64,000 nt of DNA from Ruminococcus sp. (GCA_015066785.1 SVNT01000004.1:126376-190375); one strand, 5' to 3'; counted from the stretch's first letter, positions 28,032 to 37,393 are shown. Notes: generated from the sequence alone by a model not told the origin. Made by a program: numbers and translations.

Positions 28032-29093
28032 TTAATGGTTGTCCTTTTTTTCTTCGTCTTTCGGCGTCCTGATTATTATCACATCATCGTTACCGTCTGA
28101 CGGTGACAGTTTTCCTGAGTAGTTATAGAAAAGTGCGGAAATATCTTTGAAAAGCTGATACTCGGTTTCTCCTATTTCGAGGTCTTCAAAATTCGTGAGT
28201 ATTGCAAGGGTGTATGGTCTTTCGTCATATATTATAGCCATATCGTGAAAATATCCCGCATACCAGCCGTATTTTCTCGCTATTTCAGAATTTTCGCCCG
28301 CATATATCATCGGGTGTAATGTAGATGTCATATATTCATATAGATTCTGGGAGTACGGATTTCCCTCTTCGATAAAATTATATATCTCTCTTGAGATATC
28401 AATTGCACTCTCTGCACATATCATGTTGCCGGAATTACAGTAATAATCAACCCCGATGGAGTTCATGTATCCGACAAACTCATTTTCGGGGAATACATTT
28501 TTAAGCATTGCGAAGGCGGTATTATCGCTTCTTTTTATAGAAAGTCCGATAAGTTCCTCTATCGTGAATTCTTTCCCGGGCTCCATATCCTTGATAACGC
28601 CTGTTCCGTTTCTTCTGAATTGTTCTTCAAAAACAACAATATCGGAAGTGTTTGCCTTATTTTCAAGTGCAAGTTCGTAAATATGAAGTATGTACGGTGC
28701 TTTTATTAACGACGCAGAATAATAATGATTATCGGGATTTATCATCACAGAGAAACCCGTTTCAATATCACTGTAAGCAACAGATATATCGTAATTATTG
28801 AAATGCGGATATTTTTCCATTATATCGGAAAGGTCTGAATAAAATTCTTTCGGGAAAGCGTATCTCCCATTGCCATATTCAAAAAATACAGGCACATTTT
28901 CGCTTGTGGTAGTAACGAAAGTATCAGTTGGTTTATCACGGGAAGCAGAAGCCGTATTTGTTGTTTCGGCAAATGTTGTATCAGTTGTAATTGCCTTTGC
29001 AATTTCGTGCATTTCGTGATTGTCTGTAAGCGATATGTACATTATAGATAGTGTATATAATACGACGGTAATGAATACTCTGATTTTTTTCAC
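28032..29093 (-). CDS. Secreted serine hydrolase, class A beta-lactamase-like
   Basis: SASLIKAPY (SxxK) and KRSDNTAF (SDN) motifs. GTG start at 29093 behind GGGAGGTG gives a VKKIRVFITVVLY signal anchor. Confidence 0.55.
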   Translation of the reverse strand: MKKIRVFITVVLYTLSIMYISLTDNHEMHEIAKAITTDTTFAETTNTASASRDKPTDTFVTTTSENVPVFFEYGNGRYAFPKEFYSDLSDIMEKYPHFNNYDISVAYSDIETGFSVMINPDNHYYSASLIKAPYILHIYELALENKANTSDIVVFEEQFRRNGTGVIKDMEPGKEFTIEELIGLSIKRSDNTAFAMLKNVFPENEFVGYMNSIGVDYYCNSGNMICAESAIDISREIYNFIEEGNPYSQNLYEYMTSTLHPMIYAGENSEIARKYGWYAGYFHDMAIIYDERPYTLAILTNFEDLEIGETEYQLFKDISALFYNYSGKLSPSDGNDDVIIIRTPKDEEKKDNH

Positions 29094-29273
29094 GGTGCTT
29101 TCACCTCCCGAACAGATAATAAATATTAACATATTTTTGCTGCAATATTTTTATATACTGATAAAACGCACGAATTGTTTCTTTAAATGTAAGGAATTGC
29201 AAAATATCTCCTTGGATTTGCAGATAATCAAAACCACCCCCGACGAATTTTCGTCGGGGGTGGTTTGCTTTCG

Positions 29274-30626
29274 TTATCCTTCTCTGCAGCCCATCAGAAC
29301 GCTTGCGGAGAATTTTCCGTTTTCAACTGTCGTTGAGTATGAGCCGTTGTATTTCTCGGCAATAGTCTTCACGATGTTTGTTCCCAGCCCGTGAAGGAAT
29401 TTGTCCGATTTCTGTGTTACCAGCTTTTTAGCCTTTTCTGCGTTGTGGCAGGAGTTTTCGCAGCATATTGCAACAGCACCCTTTTTGCACACGCAGTTGA
29501 GGGAGATTTTCTTTTCGGACTCTTCTTTTATGCGGTCGCATTCCTCTATTGCATTGTCGAGCAGGTTTGTGAAGACCGAAACTATATCCATAGCGTCTAT
29601 GTCTATCTTTTCGGGGAGGGTTATCGCCACATCGAAGTCGATGCCCTTTTCTCTTGCGACAGCCTCCTTGCTTGAAACTGCGGCGTTTACGATGTTGTTT
29701 TCGCAGTATTCTATCTTCCGTACCGTGTACGATGAGGTCATTTCCTTTACGTATTTACGGAAGCCCTCGGTGTCGTTGTTTTCCGAAAAGATGTTCAGCG
29801 CCTGAATATGATTTTTCATATCGTGGTTGAGCTTTCTTATCTTCTGCTGATTTTTCTCAAGCGCCGAGTAGTATTCATACTGTAATTTTGTCTGCTTTGC
29901 GAGAAGTTCTTTTTCACGCTTGTAGTTTGCGCTTAAAACGGTGCTGAAAAGAATGGTGTAGAGTATTGCCAGCGGGACAATTATTATAAAGAATATTGTC
30001 GGATATTTGACCTCGCCCGTCATAGAAAAATCGTTGATGAATACAACTATAAATCCCGGGATTTCGATTAAAATAAAGAGAATGGAAAAAATCATAGAAA
30101 AAGCAAGCGGCGGATGATATTTCCTGAAAAGAACAGGCCCTGCAAGATAGAGCGGAAGAAGATATCCTGTAATATCTATGCATCTTCTGAAAACCCATTC
30201 GGCAACAATAATCGTGTCCGAATAATTATCGGAAGCGAGGATAAATCCCTGAACATTCGTCACATCATAGAAGAACGAAACTATCATCGAGATGATCATA
30301 GTTGCGAATGCAACAAGAAAATAGAATGAAAAATACCGCCATTTTTCTTCATTGTAATTTATGATGGTGTATATATAGACCATTGCATAAAAAAGGAATG
30401 ACAGAATCAGCATAATATAGATATCAATATGGTATCCGTCGGCTGTAAGAAGATTTTTGAAAATGTTTCCTACAAATTTGACTGTAAAAAAAATCGGAAG
30501 AAGCACTTTGGAAAATTTCTTCGGCGGTATTGCAATCATTATCGAAACAAATTCTATGATTGTTGTTAAAAAAATCTGAAAGACATAAACAATATCCCCA
30601 AGATAAAAATGCTCTGCAAGTATCAT
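29274..30626 (-). CDS. AgrC/LytS-like GHKL sensor histidine kinase (polytopic)
   Basis: About 6 TM helices, KLNHDMKNH H-box, and LLDNAIEE and HGLGTNIV ATPase motifs. Confidence 0.8.
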   Translation of the reverse strand: MILAEHFYLGDIVYVFQIFLTTIIEFVSIMIAIPPKKFSKVLLPIFFTVKFVGNIFKNLLTADGYHIDIYIMLILSFLFYAMVYIYTIINYNEEKWRYFSFYFLVAFATMIISMIVSFFYDVTNVQGFILASDNYSDTIIVAEWVFRRCIDITGYLLPLYLAGPVLFRKYHPPLAFSMIFSILFILIEIPGFIVVFINDFSMTGEVKYPTIFFIIIVPLAILYTILFSTVLSANYKREKELLAKQTKLQYEYYSALEKNQQKIRKLNHDMKNHIQALNIFSENNDTEGFRKYVKEMTSSYTVRKIEYCENNIVNAAVSSKEAVAREKGIDFDVAITLPEKIDIDAMDIVSVFTNLLDNAIEECDRIKEESEKKISLNCVCKKGAVAICCENSCHNAEKAKKLVTQKSDKFLHGLGTNIVKTIAEKYNGSYSTTVENGKFSASVLMGCREG

Positions 30627-30629
30627 ATC

Positions 30630-31334
30630 TTAAACCCCTCTGCACATGAATTTTGCGAAATCGGTTTTTGTGGCGTCTGCATAGTTTCTGCTTATCGGAA
30701 TTTCGTTTCCGTTTTCAAAAACATACTTGTTCCTGAAAATTTCCGAAACCTTTACCATATTCACAATAAAGCTCTTGTGACATCTTGTAAAGCCTTTTTC
30801 GCAGAGGCTTTCATACAGCGTGTCGAGTTTTTCCGTAACCGTAAACGAGTCGTTTTCAAGGTAAATTTTCGCCGTTCTTCCGCTATGCTCGCAATAGAAT
30901 ATGTCGCTCACCTTCAGGACTCTTTTTCTGTCCTTTGACGAAACGGTTATAAAGTCGTTTTTTGCCGCTTCGATTTCGGACAGCGCCTTTTCAATCGCTC
31001 TGGGAAGATTTTTCTCCATATCCTCCTTGACGACGAAGTATGTATGCTCCGCCGAATAGACATCGGTTGCATAGCCTATGTGGTTTGTCAGGAAGATTAT
31101 CCTGCAGTCAGGAATTTTCTCGTTCAGGAGTTTTGCAAGGTCTATACCGCTTTCGTCTTTAAGTTCAATATCGAGAACTGCAATGTCAGCGTTTGAGTCA
31201 ACGCATTTTTTCAGGCCGTCATCGAAATTTTCCGAAACGACGATATTGAAGATGCCATTGTAATTTTCGGCAATGATTTTCTGCGACTGCGCAAGAAAAA
31301 CCCCGTTATCATCGCATAAAAGAAGATTGTACAT
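30630..31334 (-). CDS. LytTR-family response regulator
   Basis: Start at MYNLLLCDDN (31334) behind a GGGGGG RBS. Phospho-Asp context IAVLDIEL. C-terminal FTRCHKSFIVNM...ISRNY is LytTR. Confidence 0.8.
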   Translation of the reverse strand: MYNLLLCDDNGVFLAQSQKIIAENYNGIFNIVVSENFDDGLKKCVDSNADIAVLDIELKDESGIDLAKLLNEKIPDCRIIFLTNHIGYATDVYSAEHTYFVVKEDMEKNLPRAIEKALSEIEAAKNDFITVSSKDRKRVLKVSDIFYCEHSGRTAKIYLENDSFTVTEKLDTLYESLCEKGFTRCHKSFIVNMVKVSEIFRNKYVFENGNEIPISRNYADATKTDFAKFMCRGV

Positions 31335-31550
31335 TAAACCACGCCCCCCTGAAATTGTTACACGAATAATTATACATTTTAAGGCGAATTTAGTCAATAG
31401 AGGGAGAAAAAACGAAAAAATGACAAACGGCATAAAAATTGTCCTGAAATGCAAAAAAATCTGTAAATATCAAAAAAATGCAATTTGGTCAAGGAATTTA
31501 CACATCGGGATTTTTCTGATGTAGAATGTAAAAAAGAAAGGAGAGTGACA

Positions 31551-31859
31551 GTGGTGTTGGGTCTTTTAAATATATACTGGGATATCAGTCAGCTTGAGGA
31601 AATGAAATCAAAACTCCAGAAAAAGCGTGATGAATTTGCCGAAACGCAAAACACATTCATAGGCCAGCAGAACCTCCTGACTTCCGTCTGGAAGGGCGAT
31701 GCAGGCGATCTTGTGAATTACAGGCTGAGCATTGACAAGGACAAATTCGAAACAATTGTACGCCATATGGATTGGCAGATATCCGTTCTGGAATACGCCA
31801 TAAACCGATACCGTCAATGTGAAAATAATGTCCTGAACAAAGTCAGAAGAGTCGGCTGA
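31551..31859 (+). CDS. WXG100-like small helical protein
   Basis: GTG start after AAAGGAGA. SVWKGDAG is a W-x-G motif at the helix-turn-helix centre. About 100 aa. Confidence 0.55.
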   Translation: MVLGLLNIYWDISQLEEMKSKLQKKRDEFAETQNTFIGQQNLLTSVWKGDAGDLVNYRLSIDKDKFETIVRHMDWQISVLEYAINRYRQCENNVLNKVRRVG

Positions 31860-31892
31860 AATGCAAAAAGTCTTTGACAAGAGGTGATATAA

Positions 31893-32231
31893 ATGAGTGA
31901 GCAGATAAGTTCCGACATTCAGGTTATGGCAAATGTTGAAAGCGAGTTCACACAATTATCCGAAAAAATCGGATCGCTGGAATCGGAAATCAGGATTTTT
32001 GAAGAATATTACAAAGACACATGGGGCGAAAAGGCAAAAAAGAAATTCTTCTCCGAAATGTCTGATATGCATAATTGTATGTTAAAACTTGCGGAAACGG
32101 TAAAAGTCGAAAAGACTATTATTGAAACAGCAAGAAAGAATTACGAAAATGCGGAAAATATTTCTTCCAAGACTGTTCAGACTCTTCAGGAAGAGACCCC
32201 GTTTTCTACAAAAAATATGTTCAATAATTAA
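31893..32231 (+). CDS. WXG100-like small helical protein, C-terminal ...KNMFNN
   Basis: 112 aa, DTWGEKA motif, predicted all-helical. Confidence 0.55.
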   Translation: MSEQISSDIQVMANVESEFTQLSEKIGSLESEIRIFEEYYKDTWGEKAKKKFFSEMSDMHNCMLKLAETVKVEKTIIETARKNYENAENISSKTVQTLQEETPFSTKNMFNN

Positions 32232-32248
32232 GGAGGTGGATATTCAGG

Positions 32249-33178
32249 ATGTTACAGATAGACACGGAAGAATACAGGCGTATGGCAAGTAGCGCCAGAA
32301 GAAATGCCGAAAGTATCATGGAATCAACGATTGACATCAACGGATTTGTTAATACAGTTGAAGTTGCATGGATTTCGCAGGCGTCTTCCGAATATTGCGA
32401 AAAAATAAAAAACATAACAGAGAAAATGAAGAATACCGCCTACGATCTGAATGGTTTGTCCAAGAGGATAAATTCATATGTCAACGATATTATTGCAGCT
32501 GACCATGAGGCCGCAGAAATCATAGGAGGAGGCTCTTCGGGAGGGAATTCATCCTCACAGACAACAACGCAAAGTGTGGTTCTTGACAGATACAAGGCGA
32601 AGAATTATTCAACAAAGGGTGTTGTAGGGACAACAGGTTATGAGGGCTATGGCGGATATTATTATCAGAATGACTCAATAGGCGCTGCGGTTGCACAATT
32701 TAATGATAATTCGGGTTGGGTGTCATGTACATTCACAACCATGCACAAACTTCACAGTAAAGAATTGGGGTATCCGTTTGACCATGCGGGAGATACAAGT
32801 GGAGGACAGTGGTTTGACAACTGTGCGGCTGATTCTGCTAACAAATACGCAGGTGTTGAAGGTTTCAGGCAGATGGTTAATGAATATATGGAGTCAGACC
32901 AGACAGAGCCGTTAAGGAATATTGTTGTTTCTTTCGATTCAGGGCAATACGGCCATGTATTGTTTATAGACGGAATACATAAAGACGGAGAAATAACATT
33001 CTACGACAATTCTTGGGGCCCAGGATTCGAAACAAGGCTGTATGCCGAAAATCTTACAACAGAAGCTGCAATAAAGGCTGTTGACAATGCCCCCGTTCAT
33101 GGTATGCAGGTTGAAGAATTCCTCAATCACTATAAATGGATGGACATGAACGGCGCAGTTATAATCGGAAACAATTAA
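32249..33178 (+). CDS. WXG/LXG-like helical N-domain fused to CHAP/NlpC-like cysteine amidase domain
   Basis: About 90-aa helical N-terminus, GGGSSGGNSS linker, then GWVSCTF (Cys), GGQWFDN and GQYGHVLFIDGIHKDGEITFYDNSW (His...N), arranged as in CHAP domains. Confidence 0.6.
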   Translation: MLQIDTEEYRRMASSARRNAESIMESTIDINGFVNTVEVAWISQASSEYCEKIKNITEKMKNTAYDLNGLSKRINSYVNDIIAADHEAAEIIGGGSSGGNSSSQTTTQSVVLDRYKAKNYSTKGVVGTTGYEGYGGYYYQNDSIGAAVAQFNDNSGWVSCTFTTMHKLHSKELGYPFDHAGDTSGGQWFDNCAADSANKYAGVEGFRQMVNEYMESDQTEPLRNIVVSFDSGQYGHVLFIDGIHKDGEITFYDNSWGPGFETRLYAENLTTEAAIKAVDNAPVHGMQVEEFLNHYKWMDMNGAVIIGNN

Positions 33179-33201
33179 ATTTATTATAAGGAGATGTTTT
33201 T

Positions 33202-33495
33202 ATGGCACAATTTGAAATCAGACCAATGGAAATGGAACAGACAGCAAGGGAAATTGACGCTAAAATCAACGAATGGCAGGCATCGGTAAACAGACTTTAT
33301 CAGTATGTATCAGAACTTGACACTATGTGGGAAGGCGATGCAAACGACGCTTTCAACAAGACTTTTGCAGCTGACAGGTCAAAATACAACAGCCTCGCAA
33401 ATCTTATGGACGAGTACAAGAACGCAATCCTCAAAGCAGCTCAGGAATATAAGATTGCTGATTCGGAGAGCGCGAAAAAAATTTCAAACACCTAA
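33202..33495 (+). CDS. esxA: WXG100 family protein EsxA-like
   Basis: 97 aa. MAQFEIRPMEMEQTAREI..., central TMWEGDANDAF WXG motif. Confidence 0.85.
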   Translation: MAQFEIRPMEMEQTAREIDAKINEWQASVNRLYQYVSELDTMWEGDANDAFNKTFAADRSKYNSLANLMDEYKNAILKAAQEYKIADSESAKKISNT

Positions 33496-33528
33496 TTTAA
33501 ATATAAATCAACGAAAGGACAAAGAATT

Positions 33529-33852
33529 ATGAGTAATTTGGTAATAAAGGTTTCTACTGAGGAATTAAACAATAAGGCTGCACAGCTTGAAAAAGAAAAG
33601 GGCGAAATGGAAACGCTCATGAACGATATGAGAGCAAAGGTGACTTCCCTCAGTGATTTCTGGAAGAGCCAGTCTGGAACAAACTATGTCGACAAATATC
33701 AGAATGTCACAAGAGAAATCACAGCTTCGCTTGACGGACTTTCGAGACATATCCAGAACCTGAGAACATCAGCGGAAATATTGAAAGAAAAGGATAGCAC
33801 TACAACAAACGATGTAAACAGACTTTCTACAACCAAAATGTTCAACAACTGA
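33529..33852 (+). CDS. WXG100-like protein (EsxB-like partner), C-terminal ...TKMFNN
   Basis: 107 aa, SDFWKSQSG centre, helical. Confidence 0.6.
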   Translation: MSNLVIKVSTEELNNKAAQLEKEKGEMETLMNDMRAKVTSLSDFWKSQSGTNYVDKYQNVTREITASLDGLSRHIQNLRTSAEILKEKDSTTTNDVNRLSTTKMFNN

Positions 33853-33920
33853 TTTGATGAGGGTCGGTTTATCCGGAAGTAAGCCGACCCTGTTTCATTA
33901 TAATGTAAAGGGGAACACTT

Positions 33921-35243
33921 ATGCTTTACAAAATGAATGTAAAAGAAATAGCCACTGCGTATGCTGATATTTCGACTATAAAAAACAATTTTCAGGATAT
34001 ACATCAGCAATTTGTTGATTTCATAAACGAATTCAGTGATATACAGGGCAATGATGCAATATCACAGCAGTTTTTTGACGAAGCGGTTGAGTATATGAAA
34101 AAATTCGAAAGATGCAAAGAAGACATGGAAGAACTTATGGGTATTCTTTATGAATGTATAAGCATGACTCAGGAAGCGGAAAATGAAGTTGCCAATTATA
34201 TGACGCAATTAATATCCGAAAAAGAAGTGGTACCCACATCCAGATACGACGCATATCTTCATCATAGAAATCAGTATAATGAAAACTATGAAAAGTGGAC
34301 AGAAAAGAATTTCAACGTCAAGAATGTCATTGGATCGGCTATCAACGATATTTTTGATGAAAACATCGTTAGAGCCGGAAAGGATCTGCTATCTGGAGAG
34401 AGTATGGTTTCAAGAATTGAAACTGAAAATATCAAAAAAATTCTTCATTCGGCAATTCAGAACGAATGTCAGTCAAGAGAATTCAAGTGGCTGAATGATG
34501 GCATCGAAAAAGACATTATGGATGTAGCTCTCGATTCAAGAAAAACTGTGAATTACGGAAAAGACATCGGCGAATTCGTAGTGAAAAACACTTTGTCCGA
34601 AAGTCAGATGAATGTTATGGCGGAGAATATGAAACTTACGCCCGAAGCTTTCGGCAAATTCCTGAAGTACGGTAAAATGAGCGGAGAATATACAGAGTAT
34701 CTGATGAACGATTACAGCGAGAATATGGAATATCTCGATTCGCTTAAAACCGCTTTTTCGGAGGTTTCAAATCCTGCGGTAGTTGAAAATGTCATTAATG
34801 AGCTTGAAAGACAGTATACAGATAAATTCTTTGAAGTCGCCGACAAATTGGTAGACGACGGACTGGATATAGCGTCGGATAAGCTTACTGATACCCTGAT
34901 GGAATTAACCCCCGGGACACAGGCGCTTAAATTAGTTATTGATGGCGCAGAATTGCTCATGGATGCAACGGGCGCTTCTAAAAATATGGATAATTGGTCT
35001 GAAATTGTAAGATATAATAATAATTTCCAGGGCAGTATGGATAATGCGATAAACAATTATCTCGATAAATTCAATGACGGAACAGCATCTATGCAGGATA
35101 TTAAGACTCTGAATACGCTTATTGATATTGATACTTCCGCAAAACAGATTATGTACGATAAAATGTCTGTGGCAAATAACGGTCTTGCGTCGGATTTCGA
35201 ACAGGCCTCCGATGCACTCAGCAAATATCAACAGCTTTATTAA
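33921..35243 (+). CDS. 440-aa all-helical protein, possible LXG-like T7SS substrate
   Basis: The N-terminal ~100 aa resemble a WXG/LXG helical hairpin (FSDIQGNDAISQQF). No TM, no recognisable toxin motif, and no downstream immunity gene. Confidence 0.35.
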   Translation: MLYKMNVKEIATAYADISTIKNNFQDIHQQFVDFINEFSDIQGNDAISQQFFDEAVEYMKKFERCKEDMEELMGILYECISMTQEAENEVANYMTQLISEKEVVPTSRYDAYLHHRNQYNENYEKWTEKNFNVKNVIGSAINDIFDENIVRAGKDLLSGESMVSRIETENIKKILHSAIQNECQSREFKWLNDGIEKDIMDVALDSRKTVNYGKDIGEFVVKNTLSESQMNVMAENMKLTPEAFGKFLKYGKMSGEYTEYLMNDYSENMEYLDSLKTAFSEVSNPAVVENVINELERQYTDKFFEVADKLVDDGLDIASDKLTDTLMELTPGTQALKLVIDGAELLMDATGASKNMDNWSEIVRYNNNFQGSMDNAINNYLDKFNDGTASMQDIKTLNTLIDIDTSAKQIMYDKMSVANNGLASDFEQASDALSKYQQLY

Positions 35244-35250
35244 TAAAAAT

Positions 35251-35290
35251 AAAACCCCGTACCTTAGCTGATACGGGGTTGCTCTTTTTA
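35251..35290. terminator. Bidirectional terminator
   Basis: ACCCCGTA...TACGGGGT hairpin between convergent genes. Confidence 0.75.
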
Positions 35291-36715
35291 TTAAAGGTTG
35301 AAATATCTGTCGAACTCTGCAGGGTGAGGAATCTTTGACATTTCGAAAACTTCTTTTCTCTTGTTTGCGATGAATGTCTTGATGAGCTGCTCGGGGAATA
35401 CTCCTCCTTCTGTGAGGTAATCGTGGTCTGCCTCGAGAGCGTCGAGAGCAGCGTCGAGCGTTGTCGGGAGTGACGAGAGCTTTGCCTTCTCCTCATCCGA
35501 GAGCTTGTAGAGGTTGAAATCGTAAGGACCCCAACCGTTTGCGTGGGGGTCAATCTTGTTCTTTACGCCGTCAAGACCTGCCATGAGGATAGCAGCGTAT
35601 GCGAGATACGGGTTGCAGGTAGCGTCGGGGTTACGGATTTCAAAGCGGCGGAGTGCAGGGGTCTTTGCGTATGCGGGGATACGGATTACAGCACTTCTGT
35701 TTGATGTAGCGTAGCCTACCGTTACGGGAGCTTCAAATCCCGGAACAAGTCTCTTGAATGAGTTTGTGCTGGGGTTTGTGATAGCACAGAGCGATGAAAT
35801 ATGCTTGAGAAGTCCGCCCATGAAGTAGTGCGCAGTCTCGCTGAGGTGTGAGTATCCGTTGTCGTCGGAGAATACAGGCTCGCCGTCCTTGAGGAGAAGC
35901 ATATGTACGTGCATTCCGTTTCCTGCCTCGTTGTATACGGGCTTGGGCATGAATGTTGCAACCTTGCCGTACTTGAGAGCTGTATTATGCACGATGTACT
36001 TTATCATCATTGTTGCGTCTGCCATCTTTGACATCTGTCCGAGCATAGGTTCGATTTCAAACTGTCCCGCAGCACCTACTTCGGGGTGATGGTACTTGAT
36101 TGCGATGCCTGCCTTCTGCATTTCAAGGCACATTTCCGAACGGCACTCGTATGATGTGTCAAACGGCTTTGCGATGTGGTAGTTCTTCTGGTGAGCAACT
36201 ACACAGCCCTTGCCTTCTGTGTCGCTGTTCCAGTACGACTGTGTAGCGTCTACGTGCATTGAAATCTTTTCGGGTGTTACAGACCAGCCTGCGTTATCGA
36301 AAAGATGGAATTCAAATTCGGGGAGAATAAGCATTGTATCGGCAATGCCTGAGTCCTTCATATACTGCTCAGCAGCAAGAACAATGTTTCTGGGGTACTG
36401 GTCGAGAGGTCTGTTCTCAGGGTAGTCTATGACCATTGCGTTACCTGTGATGGAGAGCGTAGGCACTCCGCAGAAAGGGTCGATGAGTGCTGTATCGAGG
36501 TCGGGAATGAAAACCATGTCACTCTTTTCAACAACTGCATATCCGTAGTTTGATGCGTCAAATCCGATACCCTCGGAAAGTGTCTGCTCCGAAAACTGCT
36601 CCGCAGGGATTGTTACATGACGGAATTGTCCGTTGATATCAACGATTTTGAAGTCAATCATTTTGATATCGTTGTCTTTAATCATAGCCATGAGTTCCTG
36701 TACTGTTCTTGCCAT
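35291..36715 (-). CDS. glnA: Glutamine synthetase, type I
   Basis: 474 aa. FDASNYGY, MPKPVYNEAGNGMHVHM, NPSTNSFKRLVPGFEAP motifs. Confidence 0.9.
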   Translation of the reverse strand: MARTVQELMAMIKDNDIKMIDFKIVDINGQFRHVTIPAEQFSEQTLSEGIGFDASNYGYAVVEKSDMVFIPDLDTALIDPFCGVPTLSITGNAMVIDYPENRPLDQYPRNIVLAAEQYMKDSGIADTMLILPEFEFHLFDNAGWSVTPEKISMHVDATQSYWNSDTEGKGCVVAHQKNYHIAKPFDTSYECRSEMCLEMQKAGIAIKYHHPEVGAAGQFEIEPMLGQMSKMADATMMIKYIVHNTALKYGKVATFMPKPVYNEAGNGMHVHMLLLKDGEPVFSDDNGYSHLSETAHYFMGGLLKHISSLCAITNPSTNSFKRLVPGFEAPVTVGYATSNRSAVIRIPAYAKTPALRRFEIRNPDATCNPYLAYAAILMAGLDGVKNKIDPHANGWGPYDFNLYKLSDEEKAKLSSLPTTLDAALDALEADHDYLTEGGVFPEQLIKTFIANKRKEVFEMSKIPHPAEFDRYFNL

Positions 36716-36740
36716 TGTATAACCTCCAAAAATCTATTTT

Positions 36741-36795
36741 TCCCGATATATCGGGATAACATCCTTATTATACCACAAAAATATCTGCGGCGCAA
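36741..36795 (-). promoter_or_regulatory. Putative glnA promoter plus 16-bp perfect palindrome in the leader
   Basis: Minus strand: TTGCGC, 17 nt, (TGg)TATAAT at 36767-36772, followed by TCCCGATATATCGGGA (36741-36756) upstream of the RBS. Confidence 0.4.
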
Positions 36796-36876
36796 TAAGT
36801 GGCGGAGGATGTGTTGCGTTTTTTCGGGCAAAGTGATATACTTTCTACATAAAAATGCGTCAAAGGGAGAATAACT

Positions 36877-37308
36877 ATGTATTTTGAAGAAATCGAAAAG
36901 GGCTATACAACGCAGATTCCGACTGCTGTGATAAACAAGGACGAAATGGTCGAATTTGCCCTCAGATATGATAACATACCGCTTCACACGGATGAGGAAT
37001 ACGCAAAGACCACACGCTTCGGGCAGCTTATAGCACCGGGGGTGATGAGCTTTATGTCAGTGTGGGCAAAGTACCTTGAAATCGACCTTTTCGGCGAGGA
37101 ACTCGTTGCGGGCAAGTCCACGAAAATCGAGTGGCACAAGCCTGTTTTCGCAGGGGACGAGCTTTCTTCGACGGTGACGGTCAGCAACAAGGTACAGCGC
37201 AACGAGCGTAACGGGCTTGTTGCGCTTACGCTTGAAATAAAAAATCAGCACGGAGAAACGGTGATGACGAATATCACCGAGGCTGTCGTAAAATGCAGAG
37301 AAAAATAA
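36877..37308 (+). CDS. MaoC-like (R)-hydratase / hotdog-fold protein
   Basis: 143 aa. HTDEEYAKTTRFGQLIAPGVM motif. Confidence 0.7.
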   Translation: MYFEEIEKGYTTQIPTAVINKDEMVEFALRYDNIPLHTDEEYAKTTRFGQLIAPGVMSFMSVWAKYLEIDLFGEELVAGKSTKIEWHKPVFAGDELSSTVTVSNKVQRNERNGLVALTLEIKNQHGETVMTNITEAVVKCREK

Positions 37309-37393
37309 TTTTTACACGAAAAATGGAATTATAAAAAATAAAAACACCGTCATAATGGATACATTATGACGGTGTTTTGGTTTTAGAATAAAA

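Noticed and set aside
29133-29273. 33-aa TTG-initiated ORF between the histidine kinase terminator and the beta-lactamase-like gene, considered as an AgrD-like peptide.
   Set aside because: It has a non-ATG start, no AgrD-like features and no agrB. It probably just overlaps the promoter/RBS region.
31440-31480. CAAAAAAAT direct repeats as possible LytTR binding sites.
   Set aside because: The sequence is A-rich and low in complexity. The spacing (~19 bp) and sequence do not match the LytTR consensus well enough to call.
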